A stretch of 32,403 nucleotides of DNA from Octopus bimaculoides (GCF_001194135.2 NC_068999.1:20013071-20045473), one strand, 5' to 3'; shown: positions 11,699-24,269, numbered from the stretch's first letter. Translations and numbers: made by a program. The notes: a model not told the origin generated them from the letters alone.

Positions 11699-12049
11699 CT
11701 GTAAATAAGGAGAGGATATAACTCACACAATAGATAATTTTCAAAAATTAACGCATCATTAATGAGAAGAGAAAATGGTTGACTAGAGACAAGTGGATAT
11801 CTATGGACACAAGTTTAAATCTCATTACTAGTAAAGCATGTGCGTTATCTTGTCTCCATTACTATGTAACAAAGTAAAAGAGCTAAACTTACTTGAGTTA
11901 ATGAAATGAAGCATTTCCTATGAATAATATTAGATACGTCTTGTTCCAGTATATTGTATGATATCTCGATGTTTTCGTTGTTGTCTGTCATAAAATTGCG
12001 ACGTTGATGGTATAAGCTATAATAATCGGTTTTGCACTAATATAATAAC

Positions 12050-14335
12050 ATTTGGGGACCTATATTTCACGCTAGTGTTTTAAGATCGCGTCATGGCACA
12101 GTTATATATGTCACACAAAAGGAGAACCTCTATGGTCATCACATTCACAGTTGTTGCTTTGTGCTTAGAAATACAGATAGACAACAGAAGTGCCTCTAAA
12201 CTCCTGTGGGACTGATCCTGATTCTCAGATTAAGAACAAACGTTCACATAACTTCTTCAACCGCAGGCTGCTACCATATTTATATATCTTGGCTGGTATG
12301 TCATCATTCCCCGACGATTTTTCCAATCGTGATCTGTTTTATGGCCTTCTTTTATCTCAACATTTGATAGAGTAACTGACATTTCTTAAAGGATAGGTTA
12401 CTGTGGTAGGTTGTTGATCATTTCTTCATGAACAATCGAGTCCATATTCAGAACATTTGAAACATGCTCTGCCCAGCGCTTTGTGATCTCCTTTTTATCT
12501 GTCAGAATATTACCCTGAATTAAAGTATGGGAGTTGAGCCACCTGACACAGGTCCAATAACACACTTTAAATTCTAATGGAATACTTAGGAGTCATATCT
12601 CTCCGCAGAATCCTGCAACTTTTATTCCATTTTTGTTGCCTTGCCACCATATCTGTTCTATTGCCTCAGTTGAGAATGGCGTTCATATCTGGCCTTTTTA
12701 AACTCGTTGCGTATGTGGCATTTTTATTTGACATACTTTAACAGTGGCACTTTTGCATATTGTGCAAAAGAGGAGAGATGTTTGGATCATTTGAGCCGAA
12801 ACAAGTATGGTGCTTCCTCTTAATATACTCGGTTGTTTCAAAAGATGACTGAAGTAGAGCATTTTTAAAAGCAGACCACTCCGGTTCAATATCTGCGTTG
12901 TCTGAGATGACAGCAAGCTTATTGTCACAGCCTTTTTTGAATTGAGATTAAAATGTTATTGTTCCTCAGCTTTGTTACATCCACTTTTCGAATTGTTCGA
13001 GGGCGATTGTTATGAATAGGACAGCGGAAAATAGAATTCAACTTCGATCGTACCAGTATGTGGTCAGATAGACACTCCCAATGGACAAAGAAAGTTTTAC
13101 ATCTTCCCTCATGGAAGACTTCATGTTTATGTTATCAATAAGGAGATTATGGTTTGTTCGGGGATGTCTCCGCGTACTTTCGTGGTCGTCGGGTGAGGGT
13201 GCTGGAAAATAATATTGATAATCATAAGTCCATACTTACAGCAAAGTGATAGCAGCTGATATCCTTATCAGTTTGCCTTGTCAAACCCATGTTTCTCTAC
13301 TGCATCACACCTTATGGATGTATCACAACTTACTCGTGCATTGAAATCACCATCACTGAACACTTTATTTTATAATAGCTGAAAATAGTTGCATATTTAT
13401 TTTTGCCGATGCAGATACGCACTGACACGATTTCTTCACTAATGCCAACAGGCAAACATTCAAGATGTCATTTCGGATACCAAACCGAAAATGTAATTTT
13501 GTCTTTAATTTCTGAGGTTTAACCGCCCAGAAATAAATGTATCCACCATCAAATTTCTGTAGCTGGTCACAATCCGCTAATCTGGTTTCTGAAAGACCTG
13601 CTTTTCCAAATTATTTTTTCCTTCGGAATATTGGCAACCAAAGCAGTCTTAAGTTCTATGATTTTCTTGCTGTCCTGAAAAGTTCTCACATACTAACATG
13701 CAATGAAAAGTTGTTGTTTTCCTTTGTTTTAGATTTGCAGGTTTGGTTACACAGTCATTTGCACTTAATGACAAGGAGCAATGCGAGTAAGCGGGTTTTA
13801 GGTCACATTTTCTTGACCCCGCTCTCCATAGGAGGAAAGCAGTGCAATCCTAATAGGGTTGCTCTGTTGTGAATAGACACGAATTGCACAGATGTGTAAA
13901 TCGGTCATCTGCCTCTCACCATCTATGTGCACATTTCAAGCTAATAACTTCCAGTGACATCCTTCACCAGTTCCCGTCGCTATCCCTTCATCGTGGTGCG
14001 GGGTACGCCTTCTCCAGAATATGACAGTGGTATTTACTGATGGCATTTTACTGAATTCCTTGCACCTGGTTTACTTTATAGCCTGCATTGCTTGTACAGC
14101 ACAGTGCACATTCTCTCCATCAAAAAAGCATTTACCTGTACTGGTACCCAATGTGCCACGTGTCTAGTTGCTCAAAAGCTACAGAACCCAGACTGCCCTA
14201 TGTGTGAGAAGATGCTGATAATGCACATCAACGAAGGCAACTGTCAGCAACTACAAACCTGGTTATACATCAGAGTCTTCCTTCTAGATGGTTTCCATCC
14301 ACCATGGCTAAGGAGACCAATCTACTCCATACATA
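12050..14335 (-). mobile_element. RTE-clade LINE, decayed 5' half (5' UTR, AP endonuclease, start of RT)
   Basis: Minus-strand remnants, reading through stops and frameshifts: FIAC*YVRTFQDSK (~13710; WNVRTL-like), AGLSETRLAD, GDFNARV (~13331-13352), SDHILVRSKL (~13045-13068), KKEITKRWAEH (~12465-12495), GNDDIPAKIYKYG (~12275-12312), SGSVPQEFR. Confidence 0.9.
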
Positions 14336-14660
14336 TATTTAGTGGGATTTGACAGCATAAATAAGATATATAAAAGCAATATATATACGTATGTACACAA
14401 CTTGTTGTTCTTCGAGTTCCTCTGCCCTTTGACGGGTTTTGTCTGCTTGTATTCATTAATTCACCATGGCTTTAGATTTCTCCGCAATTCCAAATTTAGT
14501 AAGACAACTATCTCTATTGCCGAAGAATCTATGAAATTCTTTGTAATAGAAAATATCTCTAAATATTAAAGTGATAAAACATATGTATATATACATACAC
14601 GTATACATATAAACGTACAAACATGCATATATGTACGTGTATACTTCTGTATGTATATAA

Positions 14661-14706
<46 letters not shown>

Positions 14707-14960
14707 GAGAATATACAAATAATAACAACAGACGAGGACAGGTGGTTTATTTTTAACACACGAATTCACATAAGGAATCTTCCAAACCAGATACAAAAAA
14801 ATGAAGCATTTATATATATATATGTATATGTATATAATTTTTGGGATGTATATCTGCATGAATATTTGGATAATTTTTGATACTAAATATCCAACATCCA
14901 TAAAAAATAGTTGATAGTGTTAGAGCTAACGTTTGGAAGAAGAACCAACATTTCCTTTAC

Positions 14961-15090
14961 ATCCAGTTATTGTATTTCGTGGTTAACGCCACTTCATTTG
15001 GAATGAAACGAGGATAGGACCAAGCTAGCATCTTTTGGTCGCAAGTTGCGATATGCATACAAATATGTTCTTGCCATAAGTTAATGAAAC
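14961..15090 (-). CDS. Candidate exon (130 nt, phase 1 to 2)
   Basis: Acceptor attttgtgtgttacatag|, donor |gtaaag; reads (G)FINLWQEHICMHIATCDQKMLAWSYPRFIPNEVALTTKYNNW; phase fits the 11698 acceptor. Confidence 0.5.
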
Positions 15091-15879
15091 CTATGTAACA
15101 CACAAAATATATATACTAATATTACACAAAACTGCACGCTGTTAACGAATGCCGATGACTTGGTTTAATGGCGTTTTTTCACGTAACTCCTCTTTATGCA
15201 CACAAAATTAACATTTGTCAATCGCACGAAATACGCATATAGTATTTAATACATTAATAGCGGTTACATTTTATGAGTTCCTTCTCTTTCTCTTTCTCTC
15301 TATCACTCTTTCTATTTCTCACTTACTCTGTCTTTCTTTTTCTCTGTTTCTATTTCTATCTCTCTTTAGTACTGTATACCTCTGTCTCTCTCTGTTTCTC
15401 CGTTTCTCTTTCTCTCTGGTTCTCTCACGCGCCCCCCCCACACACACACACATCACACGCAGACTTACATATCAACTAAAAAAGCTATCTAAAAATAAAC
15501 TGGATTTCATTAAAATTCTCTATATATAAAACTTGATTGCGTATAAATTCATTACTTTATATCTATAGTAAAAACAAAACTCCAAGTATATTTACGTCTG
15601 CATTTAAGCATAAACAATATTAGCAAAAACTATAAGTTAAAACATAAAAATTCATTTCACATTATGATTTGTTTTTACTATAATCTTATATCTTCTGTCC
15701 TACAGTTCATTAATATTAATCATCGAATCTTAATGATAAACATGCTGAAGCTATTTGCTGTAAATTTTCGCTCAGGGCTCTTATATAAACAGCAGCTTAA
15801 TGTGTCTATTCTGACTTCGGCAGATTTGGAGATTTATAATTCTAGAATACGTCAAAAGTATAGGATTAACCAAGTTCGC

Positions 15880-16225
15880 GCACACATCCACCACACACAA
15901 ACGCGTGTACACATACATACACGCACATACGTACAGATATACATATATATACATATATAAACATATACTTGATATATATATNNNNNNNNNNTATATATAG
16001 GTATGTATATATATATATGCATATATGTGTATGTATACATGTACATATGTCTATGTCTATATGTATATGTGTGTGTATGCATATATATGTATACGTTTAT
16101 ACAAGTATTATATGTGTATATACAAAAAAATACATATACATATATATAGATATATATACGTAATTACACACACACACATACACACATATATATATATATA
16201 ATATGATATAATATAATATATATCC
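15880..16225. repeat. Mixed (CA)/(TA)/(TG) microsatellite region with small gap at 15982-15991
   Basis: Direct reading of the sequence. Confidence 0.9.
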
Positions 16226-17089
16226 CATTCCGCCTGTGTGTGTAAAAGATAATAATGGCCGTATTTTTCATTTGGGAACATACATTACTTATGTTCCCGA
16301 GATGGATTTACACTCTTAAAACTTTTAACAAACTAACTAACGGGCCCCTGGGCGCAGAAAATAACCGTTTTGGGGTTACGTGGAGGACGGAGATAACTCT
16401 TGGTGAAGTAACGTTCAGAAATTGATTGTCTCTCTTACATCCATTGGTCAAAAAATTATCACAATTTCATTTAATATATAAAATAGAGATGTGTGTGTAT
16501 TCACTTTTCAAGCGATTTTCTATCTCTGTATATCTCTCTGTATATCTCTCTATCCATCTCTACCTCAATATTTATTTATCTCTCTGTAACTATCTATATC
16601 TTATTTATCTATCTATGTCTTTCTTATTTGTCTACTTAGCTACCTCACTCACACCCCTCCATATATATCTCACTCACTCTCTATTGTTTTCACTTTCATT
16701 TTTCAAACGCTATTGTTTTCACTTTCAGTACAATCATTATTGTGCTATCTGTAAGTTTTCAATCACTATTTACAAACTACAACGACAAATTACTGACATA
16801 AGTTCACAGTTATTAATGAAAGTAATGTCATAAATAATTTACTTCATAAATTCCACTTCAATCCGTACACTTCGATAAATTTGCCTACAAGCTTCTTATT
16901 TACTTTTGCAAATTTTTTTTTTTTTTTTTGGTTTCTTCGATATTGGCTCTTTGGTTGACTATGTGACAATTCTCGCTCGCTTCAATCCGTACAGTTCTTT
17001 ATTTTCCGTAAAAGTTTCTCATTTACTTTCTGTCATTTTCATTGTTTACTATCTTCTGCATCCATGTATTTGTTTATATGTATATAAAC

Positions 17090-17933
17090 ATGCCTAGAAG
17101 GAAAGTGTCAAATTTGTCTACAATGTCAAGGTCAATCAAAGGGATGACTTTGTACAGGGAAAGAGAGACAGCTGCAGAAAGGGAAACGTATCAAGAAACA
17201 AACAAATTGTGGACTACAAAAGCTAAATCATCTGAAAGTGGTGAACAAAGGTATGCAGGGCTGACAAGGAGTAGGATCTCCACTCCAAAACAAAGAGCTG
17301 CAACAGCTCAATAAAGCAACATCTATGAAGCAGCTTTCAATTATGATCCAGAGGCTCAGTATTCAGATGACACTAGAGATTCCATTGGTGCAATGACAAC
17401 TGTGTGCATACATTTTAAAACAAGGAAGTGGCCTGTGGAGACACTTGCACTGTGCTGCAGTGGTAGAAATGTTAACCTCCCTGCAATTCTGCAATCTCCA
17501 GAGCCATTAAAGTAACTGTTTTCCTCAACTGACCAAGATTCCAATCACTTCCAAAACAAAATTAGACAAATACAACAGTGCACTACAGATAACATGAGTC
17601 ACAAGATATTTAACTAAGACATGATTCATGCAAGCTTTCAAGATCCAAGGTCAGATTTATCATCGGATTGGCTCTCTACTACCACTGTCAAATGAATCAA
17701 CAAAATCGGCCTTTTATTAAAGCTGCACAAATGTGTTTTTGAATTACGTATACTTACATTATATACATATGAGAGCAGGAAACTTTCTTTTAACATTTCA
17801 CTTAACATCTATGTCTTACGCTGTCATGGGTTGGAGAGTTATTAATGTAGAAAGTTGGTATCTCAGTCACTAGCAGTTGAGACCTGCATAATACTGTTCT
17901 CTTTACTCCGGGCAGTGCCGGGTATATCTGTTA

Positions 17934-17934
<1 letters not shown>
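17090..17934 (+). mobile_element. Internally deleted Helitron (Rep/helicase N-terminal remnant joined to 3' terminus); 5' end not located
   Basis: Reads MPRRKVSNLS...*SNIYEAAFNYDPEAQY...IGAMTTVCIHFKTRKWPVETLALCCSGRNVNLP...PEPLK*...HFQNKIR/YNSALQ...FKIQGQIYHRIGSLLP, the typical Helitron N-terminal motifs. 3' end has GC hairpin ccgggcagtgccggg (17908-17922) then TTAG (17931-17934) followed by T (CTRR-like). Confidence 0.88.
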
Positions 17935-17965
<31 letters not shown>

Positions 17966-18041
17966 NNNNNNNNNNNNTATATATACAGAGAGAGAGAGAG
18001 AGAGGGGGGGGAGAGATAGATAGATAGATAGATAGATAGAT
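17935..18041. repeat. (TA)n, gap at 17966-17977, (GA)n, (GATA)n
   Basis: Direct reading of the sequence. Confidence 0.95.
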
Positions 18042-18984
18042 CCGCCATGTTGGTGCAGTGAAGCCAACAGGTTTTGCTCATTCTTTATCTATTTCCTCTT
18101 ATGCCTTTCTGTGTCACGGACTAGTAGTGTAAAATAGGAACCAACGCGATCCACAGGAAAACAATTTTTTGAGAACCACTGGTTTACTCTCGCAACGAAG
18201 ATGAATAGGACAGCAGAATGATGTTTTGCGGGAGGTACTTGGCCATTTGTGCAGCATTAAACCACTTTCCTACAAAGACTTACATGACTCAGTTAATCAC
18301 CACTGTTGTACTAAGTGGATACCTAAGAGTCTGCATATTACGGACAAAAGATTTGATAATTTCATTTACCATGATTTGCAGTATGGTCTGGTTTATCATC
18401 AAAATATTTAATTTGGCTATTCTCTTTTGACGGTAGTGTGACTGGTTTCCTATATCTGACAATCTATCACGGTATACATTTCAGAGATCGTTGAAGATGA
18501 GTAGATTTATTTCCAGCACAATGATCTCCTCAACATTATCATAGTAATGTATTTTCTGCCTTCATGAGATTTTGTCAAATTTGGAGAATGAACAAAGAGG
18601 TTTAATAGAATAAATGTGTTCACCGAACCTCATTTCACTAGAATTTTTGTATAGGATTATTTAAACGATAATGCTTTCGAAAGAGTACTGGCAAATGTTG
18701 AAGATTATGAGAGCAACTGAAAAAGAAGGCGTAAAAATTTGGAAGGATGGTTTTCTTCTTGTTCATTTTTGTATTCCTTCGTATCATCATCAGGGCTTCG
18801 AGCTGAATTATCGTCAGTTTAAACGCAGGCATCATAAAAAAGCAAAAATTCTCTCTGTAGATTCTGTTCAATATTTTAAAGAACTCTGAGGTTATAATGT
18901 GTGTGTATACATTCGGTGGGGGGGGGGATACCTAATATTATTTACTTAGTTAATTCAGGACCTCTTCCTCGATGCAATACTGGT

Positions 18985-19095
18985 TCCTCTGTTAGAGATG
19001 GTGAATTATTAATTTTATAAGCACAGATCCTGAAATTCTGAGGGAGGGAGTTAACGTATTATATTGTCTTCAGAACTCAACTGGTATTCATTTCC
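18985..19095 (-). mobile_element. SINE fragment, same family as 26510-26730
   Basis: aagcacagatcctgaaattctgagggagggag...ctcaactggtattcattt resembles ggcaaaaggcccgaaattttgtgagag...cataactgatattt in the 26.5-kb copy. Confidence 0.55.
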
Positions 19096-19178
19096 GTCAC
19101 AGACACACTAGTAATGTACAAATGCTATTGTAATTTATATAAGATAGAGGCATACATTGTACACATGTACATATATAT

Positions 19179-19225
<47 letters not shown>

Positions 19226-19309
19226 TATATGCATACATACATACATACATACATACATATACATACATACCTACATATATATGTATATATACGTGTATAT
19301 ATGGGTACA

Positions 19310-19640
19310 GGGCATTAAAAAACGTCGACAAGATGAGACAGGCAACATAAAGAACGTTTCCTACATCAGTTGTCCACTGTTTTATCCACTCTGTGTTTCG
19401 AAGGGAGGAACAAGACGCGACTTAGTTAAAACAGTCGTTTCCGCAAAGCAAATTAAATAAAATGAGGGATTTTTTGCGGGGGGTGGGGGATAAAGTGGTA
19501 ACAAAAAGAAATGTATTAGTTTGGTGCTCAGTAACAAATGAATTTTTTGACGCTTCGAGCATAGTTCTTCGTCGGAAACGAACAGGGAAAATGTCCAAAG
19601 AAGGAAATTAATCACAAACAGCACGTGTGTAGGTATATTG
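19310..19640 (-). mobile_element. Solo PLE pseudo-LTR-like fragment with decayed minimal hammerhead
   Basis: Abuts (TA)/(TACA)n. Minus strand 19582 to 19543 reads cgttt-CCGACGA-A-GAAC-TAT-GCTC-GAAG-CGTC-aaaa, i.e. CUGACGA/GAAA core with 2 substitutions, stem II with 1 mismatch, ACGU-type palindrome and GUC site. Confidence 0.55.
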
Positions 19641-19699
19641 CTGATGTGACCGGAAATAGAAGCAGGAGAAATTATTTTTTGTGGGCAATGGGGGCAGGA

Positions 19700-20160
19700 G
19701 AGGACAATGATACCCTCTGTGTGTGTTTGTGTTTAATGTGAGTGATGTACATGAGTGTGTGAGTCAGAGAAAGTTGGTGGCCGGTGTTTGATTCGATGGA
19801 GAGAGGTGACATGTGTGTTGGTGACAGAGCGTGGCTGTGCTTGTGTATATGTGTTTCCATGTGTGCGTATGACGGAGTGAGAATGTATGTGTGTGTATAT
19901 TCGTATGAGTGCATGTGTGTGTGCGTATATGTGGGTACATATATTCGTATGAGTGTATGTTAGGTCGTCTATGCGGCTGTATGCGTATGTGCTTGTGTTT
20001 GCATGTGTGTGTGTGTGCGCGCGCGTGAAAGACAGACAGCAGGTAAGGGGCATATAAGAGTGCGTTGTTTTGTGTATGCAACGTACATGTGCATATGTGT
20101 ATGGGTGTGTGTATGTATGTATATGTGTGTTTGTGTGTATATATGTTTCGCTATATGTAT
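19700..20160. repeat. Degenerate (GT)n-rich low-complexity tract
   Basis: Direct reading; source of the H/T-rich pseudo-ORFs. Confidence 0.85.
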
Positions 20161-20770
20161 TTAATTAGTATATATTCACATCACTACTAACTCTGCTACA
20201 CCGGGATAATATGAATGTATAACAGAGATAAATTGAAATGTAGATTTATTATATCTATGCATGCATTACTTGAAGCAGTACACTTTACCTCCCTCAGTTG
20301 TCGCTCACAAGCTACATCTAAAGATATTTTAATTATTATTTATAATAAACACAATCATGAAAATACACGATTTTCTTTTTATCTTGTGGTGATACGTTTA
20401 ATAATTTTCTTTTATTCTTCGTAAATATAAGGATTTGAAGAAAATAGATTTGTGATATCTTAAATAATCTTTCCATAAAATAGTCATTGACAACGTGATG
20501 AAACTAATACAAATATCTACAATGAAGGCGATTAATCAAAGGATTTTACGTACAATTAATTTGAAAATCAAATGTTTAACGAATCTGAGGCAATGAAATA
20601 TCTATAGAAAATCTTGACGGGCATAGGTTTCTGGGAGAAGGAAAGAGAGATGAAATATCAAACGTGCTAAAATGATAGGGAAACAAAATAGAGTAGAAAA
20701 TTCAATATCACAAAATGAGTAATACGCTGAATGACGTGCCAAAAGAGATTACCTGTACTTTTCAAAATAT

Positions 20771-21118
20771 NNNNNNNNNNNNNNNNNNNNNNNNNNNNNN
20801 NNNNNNNNNNNNNNNNNNNNNNNNNNNNNNNNNNNNNNNNNNNNNNNNNNNNNNNNNNNNNNNNNNNNNNNNNNNNNNNNNNNNNNNNNNNNNNNNNNNN
20901 NNNNNNNNNNNNNNNNNNNNNNNNNNNNNNNNNNNNNNNNNNNNNNNNNNNNNNNNNNNNNNNNNNNNNNNNNNNNNNNNNNNNNNNNNNNNNNNNNNNN
21001 NNNNNNNNNNNNNNNNNNNNNNNNNNNNNNNNNNNNNNNNNNNNNNNNNNNNNNNNNNNNNNNNNNNNNNNNNNNNNNNNNNNNNNNNNNNNNNNNNNNN
21101 NNNNNNNNNNNNNNNNNN
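20771..21118. other. Assembly gap, probably hiding the 5' end of the PLE
   Basis: N run immediately upstream of the PLE coding remnant. Confidence 0.97.
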
Positions 21119-21663
21119 CAACATTACAAACAAGAGACCAAGTCTTACCACAATGGAGAAAACTACTGCAAAACAGAAAATTCGCATTTTGGAAAATGAT
21201 ACAAAATCAGAATAAAGCAGAGACTTACCAAAAGTGGCTAAACTCGACACCCCTAATCATACCCCGCAAATTACAAATAAAACCCATCCTGGAAGAACCA
21301 GAAGCACAAAGAAGACTTAGAGAAAAAATGACATTAGGAAAAATGAAGATGGAAATTGAACTACTAAAATTGAGAGCTAAGACAAATGAAGAAAAAGTAA
21401 AAAGGATAGATGAAGAAATCAATGAAGAAGTCAACAGACTAAGAGACGGCACCGATACGGAAACATTACTTAAACTACGGAAAGAAGAACGTGAAAAAGA
21501 GGAACTAAGGTCCCTCCAACGATGGGACAAAAGCGCCAACTGGTTCTTGGATTATGAAATCAACTTCAAAACTGAACACATGTCCAACAACCCTTTCATA
21601 TCAACACAATGGAACAACCACCAAGAAATCGAAATACGCTCCATACCAGAGAAAGACATTTAA
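21119..21663 (+). pseudogene. PLE ORF N-terminal region (frameshift near 21200, stop at 21661-21663)
   Basis: KWLNSTPLIIPRKLQIKP...KMEIELLKLRAK...; same A/C-rich strand bias as the downstream RT. Confidence 0.6.
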
Positions 21664-22035
21664 AACACACTCCACACTACCTTAACCAACCCCAAAACAC
21701 CCACAGGGACCCACCACACCATTTCAAGAACCATAGGCATGCAACACACAATTCTATGAACTACAAACTACATAACCCAACTAAGACTCAACTACCGAAC
21801 CTGTACCCTAGGAACCAACCATACAAACTCAACAAACAACAAACACACTACAGGAGAAGCAACTACCAACACAATATACCTGATACACCACAACCTCACT
21901 TTAAAAATTAGAACAGGAGACAAACAAACAGTACTTTTGAACATAGCAACACCAACCATTTTTTAGACCTCACGCACAGGAACAGGGATACTCGATGGTA
22001 ACGGACAAACAAAAGAAACCACAGATAATTAAAAT

Positions 22036-23812
22036 AATCTCTCAAATAAAGACCTTACAACCAACGAAATACGCATACTATCCAAAGGACTTAAATTTAC
22101 CCCAACTCCACAACGTCCAAATTACTATGAAATGAAAGACGATATTTCGGAATTTTGTAGGAAATTGAGACCTGCCGAAGAATTTCATGGCAAAAACATG
22201 GATGACGAATCTATAGCTAGAAACAACAGCGACTACACCCCCACCAAGAGAAAGAATAAAGCCTTAAACCGCTTTTGTGACCACAAAACTAACTTCCCTT
22301 TTCAACTCACAAACAGGCAAAAATTCAAACCAAACTTCAACAAAAGAGAATGGAACGACCTTGTCAAACTAAGAGAAGATAATACCATAACGATCAAGGA
22401 GGCAGATAAGGGCAACACGGTAGTTCTAATGAACACAAACGATTATAAAAAATTAGTACTATCCCTATTAGGAGATGAGAAAGAGCCGAAAAATAATGAA
22501 TAACCTCAGGACATTACTCAACTCATACCGAGGACTCACAGACAAAGAGTACAATTACATCACCAACTTCAAGTGGAAATCATGTTTATTCTACAGTATC
22601 CCTAAAGTCCACAAAAGCAAAATAATTAGTGAAGCATGTAAAAAAGCTACTGACATAATCATCAAAATCCCCTCACCGAAAGATCTAAAACTTAGACCGA
22701 TAATAGCAAGCCCAGCATGCGAAACTCACCGCCTCAGCAACTTCTTAGACACACTTCTAAAACCTTTCCTCAAACACATTAAAAGCTACATAAGAGACGA
22801 TATAGACATGCTTAACCACCTCCCCAAAACAATCAATGAGAAAACCCTACTAGTATCCTTCAACGTAGTTAACCTTTATGAAAACATCCCCCACACATTA
22901 GGAATAGAAGCGATCATTTTCTGGCTAAACAACTACCCCATTGAACTACCAACTCGCTTAAATAAAGAGCTTGTTATAGAAGGACTAAGATTTATATTAC
23001 AAAACAATTACTTCATATTTGATAATAATTATTACAGACAACGATCGGGGACAGCCATGGGTACGCTTACTGCACCTTCTTTCGCTAAACTAGTAATGGG
23101 TTACATCGAAATAATTCTTTACAAGAAAACACTCGAAAAATATGGGAACCCTTTCTCCAACTATATCCAGAACAACTGGAAAAGATATCTGGACGACTGC
23201 TTCATCCTCTGGGAGGAAAGCATACAAAAACTTGAGGAATTTAAAATGATACTAAATGGAATAAATGAAAACATCAAATTCACGATGGAATATAACCAGG
23301 AAAAACTACCATTTTTAGATATCCTCAATAAGAAAGTCGGCAACAAAATAGAGACGGATATCTATTATAAACTGACAGACTCTAAGCAGTACCTACTATT
23401 TGACTCATGCCACTCTAGGCACACCAGAATGAACATCCTTTTCTGTCTAGCTAAAAGGATTTGCACCAGAGTATCGGACACAAACACCCGACACACACGT
23501 CTCCAGGAACTCAGAGCTACACTCAAAAATAGGAAATATCCACAACCCCTAATAGACAATGCAATCCAACGAACACTTAAACTGAATATAGAAGACCTGA
23601 GACAACCAAAACCAAAAGGGGATGAAAGATTAAAAACCCTACCCTACATCTCTACACACAACCCACTTAACAACGAAGCTTTCAATACCATACTCCAAAG
23701 CACAGCGCTACTCAAGGGAGACCCAAGGATGAATCAAATCCTCCAAATACACACCATCATAAAAAGCAAACGACAGCCAAAATTCTTAAAGAAGATTTTT
23801 AACACAGGCTAA
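22036..23812 (+). pseudogene. PLE reverse transcriptase, disrupted
   Basis: NLSNKDLTTNEIRILSKGLKFTPTP; IKEADKGNTVVLM; FYSIPKVHK; LRPIIAS; LVSFNVVNLYENIPH (motif A with D to N); QRSGTAMGTLTAPSFA; WKRYLDDCF; LPFLDI. Frameshifts near 22490 and in the T-run near 23795. Confidence 0.93.
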
Positions 23813-23822
23813 ACTGCACCCA

Positions 23823-24251
23823 ATGATAACCACAAAGCCAACAGTCAAAAAGTGTGGAAGGCCAAACTGCGGGATTTGTACCATCTTAGTGGAAGGCTCG
23901 GAATACATATTAGAACAAGGCCATCATTTCATCATCAGAAACAACTTCACTTGTGCATCGGAAAACCTAATTTATGTAATAACATGCGCAGGATGCAATA
24001 GGCAATACATAGGCCATACAAAAAACATCCTACGAAAAAGGATGGCATTAGATAAATCCCAAATCAGGAATCCGGAATATAGAAAAATACCTGTCAGCGA
24101 CCACATAGGCAGATGTACACCGAATAAAAATCCAAAGTTTACGACCTTCCCACTTTACCAATTTAATGACAACACAACTTTCACCCAACGTCAAAACAGA
24201 GAGCTCTATTTTATTAGGAAATTCGAGCCAAGTCTAAACACCCTAAACTAG
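23823..24251 (+). pseudogene. PLE Cys-linker and GIY-YIG endonuclease
   Basis: KCGRPNCGIC; FTCASENLIYVITCAGCNRQYIGHTKNILRKRM; PVSDH; RELYFIRKFEPSLN. Confidence 0.92.
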
Positions 24252-24269
24252 TAACATTAAAATCATATA

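Noticed and set aside
18168-18181. tttgagaaccactg, resembling a hAT/Charlie right end
   Set aside because: No matching left TIR or TSD found; too short to call.
18200-18890. Moderately GC-rich segment with short ORFs on both strands
   Set aside because: No recognisable protein motif or splice-consistent frame; probably an old TE remnant but unassignable by eye.
19353-19369. Minus-strand CTGATGT-AG-GAAACGTT as another hammerhead
   Set aside because: A9 is altered, there is no stem II and no stem I pairing.
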